64,000 bases of DNA from Patescibacteria group bacterium (GTDB lineage: Bacteria; Patescibacteriota; Microgenomatia; UBA8517). The notes under the pieces were generated by a model. The model did no database searches, was not told the DNA's origin, and saw only the letters and a list, made by a program, of their open reading frames with translations. Shown in pieces: positions 20,591 through 31,187 of the stretch. Made by a program: the position numbers and the translations under genes. The stretch's first letter is position 1, and each line of letters opens with the position of its first letter. The DNA lies in contig JBBTZT010000002.1 of NCBI GenBank assembly GCA_038061225.1, positions 12,655 to 76,654 on the forward strand. The letters are read 5' to 3'.

Positions 20591-22678
20591 ATGGACAAGA
20601 CATATAATCACAAACTATACGAAGAAAAAATATACAAACAATGGGAAGATTCTGGTACATTTACTCCTGTAATTAATAATAAGAAAAAGCCTTTTACAAT
20701 AATTATGCCACCTCCAAACGCAAGTGACCCCTTGCACATTGGTCATGCAAGAGAAGTGTCAACACAAGACATACTGACGAGGTTCCATAGAATGATTGGA
20801 GATCCAACTCTTTGGCTTCCTGGCGCCGACCATGCGGGGATAGAAACACAATTTGTTTTTGAGCGAAAATTAAGAGAAAAAGGGCAAAGCCGTTTTGATT
20901 TTGACCGAGACACACTTTACCAAATGATTTGGGACGATGTTCAAAAAAATAAAGGTACGATGGAAAATCAGCTTAGGAGATTGGGTGCATCATGCGATTG
21001 GTCACGAAACAAATTCACACTAGACCCTGACATTGTCAAAATTGTCTATCAAACATTTAAAAATCTTTATGACGACAAGCTTATCTATAGAGGGAAAGGA
21101 CTTGTTAATTATTGTACTAAATGTGGGACGGGTTACTCTGAACTTGAAGTAGAACATATAGAGGAAACTGCAAAACTTTACTACATTAAATATGGTCCGT
21201 TTGTTCTAGCAACTACTCGCCCTGAAACTAAATTTGCAGATTCTGCTGTAGCCGTTCATCCAAAAGATAAAAGATACAAAAAATATATAGGCCAAGAAAT
21301 TGAAGTTGAAGGCTTATTGAGTAAATTTAAACTTAAAGTAATAAGTGACACTTATGTCGATCCTAAATTTGGAACTGGAGTTGTAAAAATTACCCCTTAC
21401 CACGATTTCAATGATTTTGAAGTTTGGGAAAGGCATAAAGATGAAATGCCAGAACCACGAGAGGTTATTGACAAACAAGGAAGACTAACAGAAATTGCTG
21501 GTAAATATGCCGGTATGAAAATTAAGGTAGCAAGAGAACTAATTGAAAATGATTTGAGGGAAAAAGGACTTTTAGAAAAAGTAATAGAAAACTACCCACA
21601 TACTGTGGGAGTTTGTTACAGGTGTAAAACAGTTTTAGAACCAATACCTTCTGAGCAGTGGTATATAAGTGTCAAATCTCTTACTACAAAGGCTTTAAAA
21701 TCTATAAAGAGTAAAAAAATAAAATTTGTTGCAAAAAAGTATGAAAAGATTGCAAATCATTGGCTTAGAAATTTAAAAGACTGGAATATAAGTCGTCAGA
21801 TAGTATGGGGAATAAGGATTCCGGCATGGCAAAATAAAAACAATGATGAATGGCTAATAACTAATGGTGAGGAGCCAAAAGGAAAAGAATGGATTCAAGA
21901 TATTGATACTTTTGATACATGGTTCTCCTCAAGTCAGTGGCCATTTGCAACACTTCAAACAACAAAGACTGGTGATTTTGATTATTTTTATCCGACTTCA
22001 GTTATGGATCCTTCATATGATATCTTGCCATTTTGGGTTATAAGAATGATAATGCTAGGGCTTTACAAAACAAAAAATGTGCCATTTACTGATGTACTTT
22101 TACATGGCCTAGTAAGAGATAAAAATGGGGTAAAAATCAGTAAGTCTAAAGGCAATGTTATTGATCCGATTGAAATGGTTGATAAATATGGTGCGGATGC
22201 TCTTAGAGTTGCCTTAGTTAGAGGGGTACAAGTAGAAAATGATAATTCACTTTCAGAAGAAAGTATAAACGGCCAAAAAAAATTCTCTAATAAGATCTGG
22301 AATGCTACAAGATTTGTAAAAGAATTCGCCAATGATTGTAAGGACGACAAAGAATTTAATAAATATTATTTGCAAGAATTACCAAAACAGATTACAAATT
22401 TACTTGAAAAATATAAAATTGGTTTAGCCACTGAAGAACTTTATAATACTTTTTGGCACAAATTTTGCGATATTGAAATAGAAAGAGCAAAAAAAGGAGA
22501 GATAAGTTCAAAACAATTAAAAATTGCATTACAGACATTGCTTAAACTTCTTCATCCTTTTATGCCTTTTGTAACTGAGGTTTGTTGGAAAGAACTAGGA
22601 AATGAGGATTTACTAATCACTAGTAAATGGCCTAGTATTAGTAATGCAAAAGGAGTTAAACAATCTTCTCATTATTAA
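20591..22678 (+). CDS. valS: valine--tRNA ligase lacking the C-terminal coiled coil
   Basis: PPPN..HIGH, DHAGIETQ, TTRPET, DTWFSS, KISKS; 695 aa. Confidence 0.96.
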   Translation: MDKTYNHKLYEEKIYKQWEDSGTFTPVINNKKKPFTIIMPPPNASDPLHIGHAREVSTQDILTRFHRMIGDPTLWLPGADHAGIETQFVFERKLREKGQSRFDFDRDTLYQMIWDDVQKNKGTMENQLRRLGASCDWSRNKFTLDPDIVKIVYQTFKNLYDDKLIYRGKGLVNYCTKCGTGYSELEVEHIEETAKLYYIKYGPFVLATTRPETKFADSAVAVHPKDKRYKKYIGQEIEVEGLLSKFKLKVISDTYVDPKFGTGVVKITPYHDFNDFEVWERHKDEMPEPREVIDKQGRLTEIAGKYAGMKIKVARELIENDLREKGLLEKVIENYPHTVGVCYRCKTVLEPIPSEQWYISVKSLTTKALKSIKSKKIKFVAKKYEKIANHWLRNLKDWNISRQIVWGIRIPAWQNKNNDEWLITNGEEPKGKEWIQDIDTFDTWFSSSQWPFATLQTTKTGDFDYFYPTSVMDPSYDILPFWVIRMIMLGLYKTKNVPFTDVLLHGLVRDKNGVKISKSKGNVIDPIEMVDKYGADALRVALVRGVQVENDNSLSEESINGQKKFSNKIWNATRFVKEFANDCKDDKEFNKYYLQELPKQITNLLEKYKIGLATEELYNTFWHKFCDIEIERAKKGEISSKQLKIALQTLLKLLHPFMPFVTEVCWKELGNEDLLITSKWPSISNAKGVKQSSHY

Positions 22679-22883
22679 TTTAGTAATAATTGTTTTACTT
22701 CTCTCAATTTTTAATCTTCAATCACTTAAGAAAAATGAAATTAAAGTTCTTGGAACAACAATAGACAATTCTTTTTGGGAGGAAATGATCAAAAATCACC
22801 CAACTTATAGAGACGCTTGGGTCGAACTTGGAAGAATGGATATGGTTAGGCAGATTGATCCGAATTACCATCAGCTTCCTTAA
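22644..22883 (+). CDS. small membrane-anchored hypothetical protein
   Basis: N-terminal TM, VLG motif, HPTYRDAW..L (TPR-like). Confidence 0.6.
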   Translation: MQKELNNLLIINLVIIVLLLSIFNLQSLKKNEIKVLGTTIDNSFWEEMIKNHPTYRDAWVELGRMDMVRQIDPNYHQLP

Positions 22884-23508
22884 CTTCTTCTCCATCAGCA
22901 GGTTTTTCACCTTCAACAGGGGCTTCACCTTCAGCTGGTACTTCTGCAGTTACTTCTACTACCTCTTCTTTAGTTGGTGGTTCAACTTTAATAACAATTG
23001 ATTCTAAATCGGTTTTAATCGCTACTTTTTTGTCTACCTTTAAATCTTTGACATAAATAGCTTGATCAACTTCCACTAAAATACTTGCATCTACTATAAT
23101 TTTTTCAGGCAAATCTGTTGGGAGCGCTTCAACTTCTATCTCATGTATTTGTTGTACAACGGTACCTAAATTTTGTTTCTCTGCAGGTGATTCACCTTCT
23201 ATTTCAATTGGAACCATGGCTTCGATTTTTTCTGTTAAGTCAACTTGTCTAAAATCAACATGGAGATATTCAGCAGATATTGGATCAACTTGTGTGTTAC
23301 TAACCAAAACAGGTTTACCTGTCAAATCTATAATTTGGGTTTCACCTGCTTTTTCAAAAACTTCAATGAATTCTTTATTGTCAACACTAATGGCTTCAGA
23401 TTTAATTTTTTTTCCAAAAATATTTGCAGGTATCTTACCCGCTTTTCTAAGTCTTTTGACTTTTCTTCCAAACAACTCCCTTTTTTCTGATTTAAGTGTA
23501 ATTTTCAT
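22846..23508 (-). CDS. rplY: 50S ribosomal protein L25/Ctc
   Basis: LRKAGKIPANIFG, HVDF, acidic tail. Confidence 0.95.
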   Translation of the reverse strand: MKITLKSEKRELFGRKVKRLRKAGKIPANIFGKKIKSEAISVDNKEFIEVFEKAGETQIIDLTGKPVLVSNTQVDPISAEYLHVDFRQVDLTEKIEAMVPIEIEGESPAEKQNLGTVVQQIHEIEVEALPTDLPEKIIVDASILVEVDQAIYVKDLKVDKKVAIKTDLESIVIKVEPPTKEEVVEVTAEVPAEGEAPVEGEKPADGEEVKEADGNSDQSA

Positions 23509-23523
23509 GGCGTTAGCTGAATC

Positions 23524-26058
23524 TTATTTAAAAAATAGTCTAGCCCTAAAATTCTTGGCTAGTGTTGTATTATAGACCGAAAGGTTTCTTCCCGTCAATA
23601 CAAGATTTGTTGTCTTTATATTTATTGTTAAATTGTCCTCTTCTGTACCTGCTTGTTTTATTATATTTAGGTTGTATTCTCCACCTTGAGAAAATTTATT
23701 ATCAAAAATACTCCACACAATTTGTATTCTCTTTTGAGTACCAGGTAATATCTCAAATAAAAACCCTACTTCAACTCTTGTTTCCATATTATTAATATCA
23801 TACTCAAGTTCTTTATATGTACCATTGGTTTCATATATTCTAACCCCAGCCAATTTAGTATTTAAGGGTAACAAAATTCTAGCGTAGTTTTTATAAACAC
23901 CCGATTTTCCAACAGCAGGACTGGCGGAGTTTTCATAAGTAACAAATAATTCATGACTTATAATTTCCTTTGAAACAGAAAGGTTTAATTCCTGTGACCT
24001 CTTGATGAAAAGGTTTGATTTGTTTACCCCTAAATTTGCATCTATCAAAGAATAACCATCTTTTAAACATCGTTGACCGCAAGTGGTATCTAAATTTATT
24101 TCTCCAGAATAGCCTAAGTTTGAGATTGCTTCTTGAGCATTAACATCGTGCAAATAAATTTGTAAATGTTTTCTATCCAAGCTTTGATAGATTTTTCTGA
24201 AAAGGTTTAGGTGTTTGTCACTTTTTAAATTTTCTATTTCAGAAATAATATTTCTTGAAAGAGAGGTTAAGATGCTTGCTTTTTTGATTGAACCTGGGAA
24301 AAAATCATCTTCTACTTCTGATTGAACAGTCTGATATAAATTGTTTGAATCAATTGTCAAGCCAAAATCAGATAAATTTATTGGTCCAGTTACTTCAAGT
24401 AAATTTTTTACAAAATTTAGGTCTATTGCAATTACACCATCAAATTTTTCATTTAATTCTTTATCCAAAAACCATTCTGCTTTGACAGCAGAGACAGAAA
24501 AATCTGGATCCCAATTGGAATCACGTAAAAACCAACCACCTTCTCCTAAATACTTTCTTATTGGCTCAGGTGGATCTACATGACCTTTTAACTGTCCATC
24601 TGCAGTATAAACATCGTTTACTACAATTTCTGCCAACCTTCCTTTATCAAAAGTCATTATGGCATAAGAACCAATAAATCCTCCTGTGGGACGTAGTTCC
24701 ATGTTATTTTGGAAAAGGAATAGATATTTTTGTGGTTTTTCATTACCTAATAAAATCGAAATTCTTGAGAAAAAGTTCTTAAGAGAATATATTTTGCTTT
24801 TGTATTCACCTATGTCTATGTTTCTATTTGATAAATTGTTTCTTAAAAGTTTTCCCAAAAATCCATCGAGTTCTATTACATCACTTTGAAGAAAACTTAT
24901 TTCTGTGTGAATTTTATCTAAACTTGCTGAGATATTGTTTGAATAAGATGATAAATCATAAATCTCATCTCCTGTAATTTTATTTACAAAATCATCAGTT
25001 GTACTAATTAATATTTGTGCTTCTCTTCCGAGTAATGATAATTTATAGGTAATGTTTGAGGTATCATATATAAAATTGTTTCCAAAACTTAAATTTTTAG
25101 CCATATTTGAGATTTCTGAACTTTGTTTAATCAAAATCTTTGATAGTTTATTATTACTAAACATTGTTTTTGTTGAAACAAAAAGTAAAAATGATGAAAG
25201 AGCAGTTAAAACAAAAGGTATTAAATAAATAGATATTAAAAGAATACTTATTTTTAACATTTTTTTGTATTTTATCGAAGGAGTTTTTTTTACAGATTTT
25301 TTTGACAGCTCAATTTCAGGAATTATCAAACTCTTTTTAACAATAGTGTCGGTGGTGGAAGCAAAATATTTTTTTGTATTATTAACAGCCAAACTTAATG
25401 AATAATCAACATCTATTGAAGCAGAATAATATAACTCCACCAAATCTGATTCTTCTGGTGTTTCAATTATATTTAAGTTTTCAACTCCCAAGTATTTAGT
25501 AACAAAAATTCTTTTACTCTTTTTGGGACCATTAAGTACAATTATTTGTCCTGATACTCCAAATGAAAAGGTATCTCTTACTATTCTCTCTACAAGTTTA
25601 TTAATAGAAACGGTGTTTATTAAAAAATTATCTTTCTTAATTTTTACCCTTTCACTTAAAATAGATTGCATTATTAAATCGTGAGATAAACAGTCTGGAT
25701 TATTTTTTACGTTGTTTCCTAAAACATCTGGAACAAGAAGGACTCCAAGGTTTTGGTTTGATTCAATTAGTTTTAAAATTTCAGAATCTGAAACAAATTT
25801 TTGATTCTTTCTTACAAAGAGTGGATGTAAAACTAATATTTTACATTCTAAATCTTTTATATTTTGATAGATACTTGATAATTTATCATTTAAATCAAGT
25901 AAGTTAATAATCAGATAATTAAAACTCGAAGTGTTAATATTTTCAAAATCATTAAAAATTTTTACATCTAAATATTTCTCTCTAAATTTTTCTTCAAGTT
26001 TTAAGGATAAAGCATTTTTTTGAGAATATATTCCAACTATTCCATCGTAATCCTTCAT
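23524..26058 (-). CDS. DUF4012 domain membrane protein
   Basis: YLFLFQNNMELRPTGGFIGS, RDSNWDPDF, GVNKSN, KQAG. Confidence 0.85.
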   Translation of the reverse strand: MKDYDGIVGIYSQKNALSLKLEEKFREKYLDVKIFNDFENINTSSFNYLIINLLDLNDKLSSIYQNIKDLECKILVLHPLFVRKNQKFVSDSEILKLIESNQNLGVLLVPDVLGNNVKNNPDCLSHDLIMQSILSERVKIKKDNFLINTVSINKLVERIVRDTFSFGVSGQIIVLNGPKKSKRIFVTKYLGVENLNIIETPEESDLVELYYSASIDVDYSLSLAVNNTKKYFASTTDTIVKKSLIIPEIELSKKSVKKTPSIKYKKMLKISILLISIYLIPFVLTALSSFLLFVSTKTMFSNNKLSKILIKQSSEISNMAKNLSFGNNFIYDTSNITYKLSLLGREAQILISTTDDFVNKITGDEIYDLSSYSNNISASLDKIHTEISFLQSDVIELDGFLGKLLRNNLSNRNIDIGEYKSKIYSLKNFFSRISILLGNEKPQKYLFLFQNNMELRPTGGFIGSYAIMTFDKGRLAEIVVNDVYTADGQLKGHVDPPEPIRKYLGEGGWFLRDSNWDPDFSVSAVKAEWFLDKELNEKFDGVIAIDLNFVKNLLEVTGPINLSDFGLTIDSNNLYQTVQSEVEDDFFPGSIKKASILTSLSRNIISEIENLKSDKHLNLFRKIYQSLDRKHLQIYLHDVNAQEAISNLGYSGEINLDTTCGQRCLKDGYSLIDANLGVNKSNLFIKRSQELNLSVSKEIISHELFVTYENSASPAVGKSGVYKNYARILLPLNTKLAGVRIYETNGTYKELEYDINNMETRVEVGFLFEILPGTQKRIQIVWSIFDNKFSQGGEYNLNIIKQAGTEEDNLTINIKTTNLVLTGRNLSVYNTTLAKNFRARLFFK

Positions 26059-26125
26059 ATTATATTCATTGTAGTTCAGAATAGAAAGTCATGCAATTTT
26101 TTACCGCAGCGATTAAAAACTGTTA

Positions 26126-26554
26126 TCAAAAATTGTTTTCTATTTTCCCGTTGAGGTCTAATTCTTCATTCACCAAATCATCAGCCAAAGTGTTCTTGGT
26201 TCTATAATCCCACTGAAACTTAATTGATAAAGAAGAATTAAGAATTAAGAATTTTATTTGATTAAATAAAATTTTTAATTTTGGGTTTTTAACTTTATAA
26301 AAACCTTTAAGCTGTCTTTCAATAAGTTGAGAGTCAAGATTAATAACGACAGGCGAAAAGTGATTAGTGGTTGGTGATTGGTGAGTAAGCCATTCAATCG
26401 CCATTAACACTGCTGTGTATTCAGCAACGTTGTTTGTCTCCATACCTAAAAACTTACTTTCTTTGTAAATTGTTTTTCCATTTTCAGTCACAACAATGGC
26501 TGAAGCTGCAGGTCCTGGATTACCTCTTGAACCACCATCGCAATATATAATCAT
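26126..26554 (-). CDS. ribonuclease HI family protein
   Basis: YCDGGSRGNPG, TNNVAEY, DSQL, NTLAD. Confidence 0.92.
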   Translation of the reverse strand: MIIYCDGGSRGNPGPAASAIVVTENGKTIYKESKFLGMETNNVAEYTAVLMAIEWLTHQSPTTNHFSPVVINLDSQLIERQLKGFYKVKNPKLKILFNQIKFLILNSSLSIKFQWDYRTKNTLADDLVNEELDLNGKIENNF

Positions 26555-26568
26555 AATTTGCTATAGAA

Positions 26569-27666
26569 TTATATATGATTTTTTTTGTTTTTTCTTGCTA
26601 TTATTAGAGTGAAAACAAACAATAAAATGTTTTGTTGAAGTGTAAGCCAATAATGATCTGACATTCCAGTTATTAAAATTGCAATTAGTGGGTAATTTAG
26701 AATTGTTAAATTTTTAATTATTATAAGTAAAAACATTAGAAACCCAATTATTCCAGTTTCTGAAAAAAGAAGTAAAAAAATATTATGAACGGGTTGAAGT
26801 TCCCAAGAATTAAGATAAGTATTACTAACTTTAACTAAGTTGGGAATAAAATTATTAAGTCCTACTCCATACCAAAAATTCTCCTTTATCATTATGAGAG
26901 CGGATTTTATTAATTCCAAACGGTGAACAATATATCTCGCATTAAAATCTATTAGAATCAATGACAAACTTTTTACTTTATTAAATTTAATTAACAAAAG
27001 CATCGCAATTGTTATATAGACATTTAACGAACTAGTTAAAATTAAATTTATAATGACTAAAATAAAAAGAGTCCAAAAATATTTCTGCCTAAATTTTTTC
27101 TTAAATTCTAATAAAAATATTGAAAAAACAAGCAAGAATCCTGCAAAAGAATTTGGGTGAGAGAAAAAAGAATAAGGGTAAGAAGCTATGTTTGGTGCTC
27201 CAAAAGCAAAGGCTCTTTCACCAAAATAATAAAAAAATCCTCCTATCGAACCACCTTTTAAAAACTGTAATATCCCTAAAATAGATGCTATAAAAACTGA
27301 ATAGGAGAGTGGTTTAACAAAATTTCTAAAAACATCAAATTTTTTAGTGTTAATAATAACCAAACCTAAAACTATCATCTCAGTAACCCTAATCCAGCGA
27401 TAGGCACTCGGCACTAGATAACTAGAGATTAGTATATTTGAAACCGCAAATCCTATATACAAAATACAATATACAATATGTTTTCGATTAAATTTAATAT
27501 TTTTAAACCCTAAAACAATTATTAATAAAACAACAATGTCTGTTAAATATAGGGTTGGAATTAAATAATCTATTCTAAAGCCGTAGACCACAGATGACAA
27601 GCTATTGACATGTAAGGCAAGTTGCGTAGGGAGTAAAAAAGATAATAATGATATTAATGTCAGCAC
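26569..27666 (-). CDS. O-antigen ligase family membrane protein
   Basis: FSHPNSFAG, GVGLNNF, PVHNIFL..ETG. Confidence 0.85.
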   Translation of the reverse strand: MLTLISLLSFLLPTQLALHVNSLSSVVYGFRIDYLIPTLYLTDIVVLLIIVLGFKNIKFNRKHIVYCILYIGFAVSNILISSYLVPSAYRWIRVTEMIVLGLVIINTKKFDVFRNFVKPLSYSVFIASILGILQFLKGGSIGGFFYYFGERAFAFGAPNIASYPYSFFSHPNSFAGFLLVFSIFLLEFKKKFRQKYFWTLFILVIINLILTSSLNVYITIAMLLLIKFNKVKSLSLILIDFNARYIVHRLELIKSALIMIKENFWYGVGLNNFIPNLVKVSNTYLNSWELQPVHNIFLLLFSETGIIGFLMFLLIIIKNLTILNYPLIAILITGMSDHYWLTLQQNILLFVFTLIIARKNKKNHI

Positions 27667-27667
27667 A

Positions 27668-28114
27668 TTACTTAGGTTTGATTACTAGATATCTTTCAGG
27701 TTCAAGACCACTAGATTCTGTCGTTACGTCGTTTCGGTCTGCGAGATGCATATGAACAGCACGCCTTTGGCCTGCCGTCAAATTATAAATGGGTTGGGGT
27801 TCTTTGGTTTCAATTGCCCTATCCGCTGATTGATTAGCAAGCTCTTTTAGTTTTTCTTCTTGTTTTTCTCTATAATCTCCAACATTAACAATTAGTCTGT
27901 ACCACTCTCCTGTTTGGCCTTTAAGCATTATTCCTAACACTGTTTGGATAGCATTTATATTCTCACCCCTAAAACCAATTAAAAGTCCTGTTTCGTCTTC
28001 TGTAGAAAGGTTGACTTCATAAGTAGATTCACCCAAATCAACCACTTCAATTTCAGCGGTTATACCTGCAAGTGTTAGAAGTTTTTCAGTTAATATTTTT
28101 ATTTGATCATTCAC
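27668..28114 (-). CDS. Jag/KhpB KH-R3H RNA-binding protein
   Basis: LLIGFRGE, RRAVH, position after yidC. Confidence 0.9.
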   Translation of the reverse strand: MNDQIKILTEKLLTLAGITAEIEVVDLGESTYEVNLSTEDETGLLIGFRGENINAIQTVLGIMLKGQTGEWYRLIVNVGDYREKQEEKLKELANQSADRAIETKEPQPIYNLTAGQRRAVHMHLADRNDVTTESSGLEPERYLVIKPK

Positions 28115-28121
28115 AGGGTGA

Positions 28122-28934
28122 TTATATCAAACCTAAGCGAGTAACAAAAGGGGTAAGACCTCCCCATCCTGAAGATTTATATTGTTGATACATTTGAAAA
28201 ATAGAAAAAAGCAGCCAATACAAAGCAAGCCCTGATGGGAAACTAACGCCAAAAAATATAGTCATTAGAGGAAAGGTATAAACCATTGAAGACTGCATGG
28301 CAACGGCAACATCGTCTGCATGACCTTTTGTTTCTTTTGCAACTTTTTCTTCTTTCTTAACTAACGGTGCCATCATCTTAGCTGATAAAAACTGTAAAAG
28401 TCCAGCAAGTAAAATCATTGGTCCAGGGATTGGAAAAGGAATTCCATTAATATTAAAAATATCAGGCTTTCTTATGTCTAAATATAAAAACCTAGCATTA
28501 AGACTTGCATTTTCAGAAAACTTTAATGGAGTATATAAAATTTCGTTAAGTCTAAACATGGCGTCTCCATTTTGAGAAAGCACGTGGGTAAAAACATTAA
28601 ACAAGGCAATCATTATAACTATGTTTAGTATATATGGCAGGCAACCCGCAGAAGGATTAATTCCTTTCTGTTTATACAATTCTGTTTGGGCGACCACCAT
28701 TCCTTTTTGATCGTCTTTATGTTTTAATTTCAGTTTTTTAATCAAAGGTTCTACTTCTTTTATCTTCTTCATTGAAGCCATATATGGCTTTGTTAAAGGA
28801 TTTGTGGCAAACCGTAAAAATAAACTGAAGCCAATTATAGCAAGTCCCATGTTTTGCCATAACAAATTATAAAAAAATATCAACCCATTAGTTAAAGGTT
28901 GAATTAGTAATGTTGTAAAAATGTTCACCTGCAA
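28122..28934 (-). CDS. yidC: membrane protein insertase YidC
   Basis: GINPSAGCLP, PSGLALYW; start may be GTG at 28928. Confidence 0.93.
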   Translation of the reverse strand: MQVNIFTTLLIQPLTNGLIFFYNLLWQNMGLAIIGFSLFLRFATNPLTKPYMASMKKIKEVEPLIKKLKLKHKDDQKGMVVAQTELYKQKGINPSAGCLPYILNIVIMIALFNVFTHVLSQNGDAMFRLNEILYTPLKFSENASLNARFLYLDIRKPDIFNINGIPFPIPGPMILLAGLLQFLSAKMMAPLVKKEEKVAKETKGHADDVAVAMQSSMVYTFPLMTIFFGVSFPSGLALYWLLFSIFQMYQQYKSSGWGGLTPFVTRLGLI

Positions 28935-29104
28935 CTTATTATTCTTCTAACGGCCATTGGCACGCCTTTTATAATACCATACTTCTCAATTACATCTACA
29001 GTGTATTCAGAACATGTTGGGTTATATCTACATCCTCCTCCAGCAAACATAAATTTAAGAATTGGAGATAATGTTATTTTGTAAATTTTTAATAATAATT
29101 TCAT
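28925..29104 (-). CDS. yidD: membrane protein insertion efficiency factor YidD (missing from ORF track)
   Basis: Manual translation MKLLLKIYKITLSP...CRYNPTCSEY...RRIISCR*. Confidence 0.9.
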   Translation of the reverse strand: MKLLLKIYKITLSPILKFMFAGGGCRYNPTCSEYTVDVIEKYGIIKGVPMAVRRIISCR

Positions 29105-29414
29105 ATGTTTCCCTTTCTAATGTTTCTTTTTCTATTTTAACAATTGAGGGCTTAATTAGAAACAACACATCGTGGCCATTTTTTAATTTTTCTAAATTTT
29201 TTCTAATTACATCTGACATTATCCTTTTAATTTTGTTTCTAACTACAGCAAGTTTGCTTATCTTTGTTGAAATTACAAAACCAAATTGAGAAGGATCTCC
29301 ATCTTTTCTATTGTAAACACCCATTCCAAAAGATTTTGATTGATGCATAGCACCATCTATCTCAATTCTAGCAAAATTTACTTTTTTCTTTAATCTATAT
29401 TTGGAACTAAGCAT
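29055..29414 (-). CDS. rnpA: ribonuclease P protein component
   Basis: GFVISTKI..AVVRNKIKR. Confidence 0.93.
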   Translation of the reverse strand: MLSSKYRLKKKVNFARIEIDGAMHQSKSFGMGVYNRKDGDPSQFGFVISTKISKLAVVRNKIKRIMSDVIRKNLEKLKNGHDVLFLIKPSIVKIEKETLERETYEIIIKNLQNNIISNS

Positions 29415-29428
29415 GAATAAAATTATTC

Positions 29429-29572
29429 TTAGGCATTTACAAGATTTTTTCTTCCTTTTAATCTTCTTCTTTTTAAAACTTTCCTACCATCAGTAGAAGA
29501 ATTTCTTTTCATAAATCCAAATTTTTTAATTCTTTTTAGTTTGTGTGGTTGATATGTTCTTTTTGTCGCCAT
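29429..29572 (-). CDS. rpmH: 50S ribosomal protein L34 (missing from ORF track)
   Basis: Manual translation [23 protein letters not shown]...[14 protein letters not shown]. Confidence 0.95.
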   Translation of the reverse strand: MATKRTYQPHKLKRIKKFGFMKRNSSTDGRKVLKRRRLKGRKNLVNA

Positions 29573-29608
29573 GCGATTATTTTACCATACTTTTTGACTA
29601 TTGCATAT

Positions 29609-29617
29609 TGTGGATAA
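29609..29617. promoter_or_regulatory. DnaA box upstream of dnaA
   Basis: Perfect TGTGGATAA. Confidence 0.8.
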
Positions 29618-29659
29618 CTTTCATAATATGGAGATTCTTCTGCCCTAGATATTTTATCC

Positions 29660-31030
29660 ATGGAAAAACAAAACTACGACAAAACTTGGAGAGATGTTTT
29701 AGAAACATTAAAAATATCTGTTTCTGATGCTGCTTTTAAAACATATTTATCTCATACACATTTAGTTGATATAAAAGAAATAGGAGAAAGAGTTATTGCC
29801 CAAGTTGGTTGTGAATCTATCTTTATCAAACAACAGGTTGAACAAAGATATTCAGGAATACTACAAGACACATTAACAAAACAATTTGAAAAAATAGTTG
29901 ATATTGTTTTTATAGTAAAAGCATCTCACCAATCACCAATCACTAGCCACAAAACACCTTCACCATTGTTTGACCAACCAAAAATAAACCAGGAGGAAAT
30001 AAACGAGGCTGTTAAAAAAGCCCATCTTAGGCTTCCTTTCACTTTTGACAAATTTGCAGTTTCTGGGTCTAATCAAATGGCCTATGCAGCTGCCCAAGCT
30101 GTTGCAGAAAAACCAGGATCTTCATATAACCCTTTGTTTATTTGGGGTGGGGTGGGGGTAGGAAAAACTCATTTAATGCACGCTGTGGGACATGAAATGA
30201 TTGTTAAAAAAACTGGTTCAAAAATTTTAGCTTGCACAGCAGAGGATTTTACAAATGACATTGTTGATGGAATAAGAAACAAGTCAACAGCAGAAGTTAG
30301 AAAAAAGTACAGAAAACTTGATGCTTTGTTTGTTGACGATATTCAGTTTATTGCAGGTAAAGATACTGCTCAAGAAGAGTTTTTTCACACCTTTAATGCT
30401 GTTACTTCTGCGGGGGGGCAGGTAATACTTACCTCAGACAAAAAGCCAACTGAAATTTCAAAACTAGAAGATAGATTAAAAACCAGATTTCAAGCAGGAT
30501 TAATTGTCGATGTGTCCCCACCAGATTTTGAACTTAGGTCTGCAATAGTACAAATTAAATCAGAGGAAAGAGGAATAATTCTTACCAACGAAATGGTTTC
30601 AATGATTGCTGGAAACATTGATTCAGCCAGAGGAATACAAGGATATTTAGTAAAGCTGTTTACCGAAGTAAATTTTAACAAAAAGGAAGTAACAAATGAA
30701 TTAATAGAATATCTTTTGGGTAAAACAAATGAAGCAGATTATGAAAAAATTAAAATAAACCCAGAAGACTTGATAAATAAAATTGCTAAATATTATTCAC
30801 TGGGGAAAAGACAGCTATTAGGAGACTCAAGAGCCCTGCCTGTAGTAAGACCGAGACAAATTTTAATGTATCTTTTAAGAAAACAGGTTGGGCTACCTCT
30901 TCAAGAGGTTGGTAGGGTGGTAGGGAGAGACCATTCTACGGTAATGAGTGCTGTGGAAAAAATAACTAATTTACTCTCAACTAATGTGGATATTCAAGAG
31001 GATATTATGGGGATAAAAAAATCCCTTTGA
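29660..31030 (+). CDS. dnaA: chromosomal replication initiator DnaA
   Basis: YNPLFIWGGVGVGKTHL, DDIQF, QEEFFHTFN, RDHSTV. Confidence 0.98.
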   Translation: MEKQNYDKTWRDVLETLKISVSDAAFKTYLSHTHLVDIKEIGERVIAQVGCESIFIKQQVEQRYSGILQDTLTKQFEKIVDIVFIVKASHQSPITSHKTPSPLFDQPKINQEEINEAVKKAHLRLPFTFDKFAVSGSNQMAYAAAQAVAEKPGSSYNPLFIWGGVGVGKTHLMHAVGHEMIVKKTGSKILACTAEDFTNDIVDGIRNKSTAEVRKKYRKLDALFVDDIQFIAGKDTAQEEFFHTFNAVTSAGGQVILTSDKKPTEISKLEDRLKTRFQAGLIVDVSPPDFELRSAIVQIKSEERGIILTNEMVSMIAGNIDSARGIQGYLVKLFTEVNFNKKEVTNELIEYLLGKTNEADYEKIKINPEDLINKIAKYYSLGKRQLLGDSRALPVVRPRQILMYLLRKQVGLPLQEVGRVVGRDHSTVMSAVEKITNLLSTNVDIQEDIMGIKKSL

Positions 31031-31187
31031 TGATAATTCTTTAAAGTTGTCAACTTATCCCCAATTTTTTCTTATTTATCCACACATTTATACACAGCTT
31101 ATCCCCTGCCTAATACAAACCTCTTATCCTCTTATCCTCATTACCTACTACTAGTACTACTATTTAAAATATGATATTAATACATTA
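31031..31187. other. replication origin oriC (DnaA boxes, DnaA-trios, AT-rich DUE)
   Basis: TTATCCCCA 31055, TTATCCACA 31076, TTATACACA 31088, TTATCCCCT 31099, TTATCCTCA 31132, then CTACTACTAGTACTACTA and an AT-rich stretch. Confidence 0.88.

Noticed and set aside
23507-23516. GCTAACGCCA match between the rplY leader and the mazF 3' motif
   Set aside because: 10-nt match only; the hairpin partner is missing and chance is plausible
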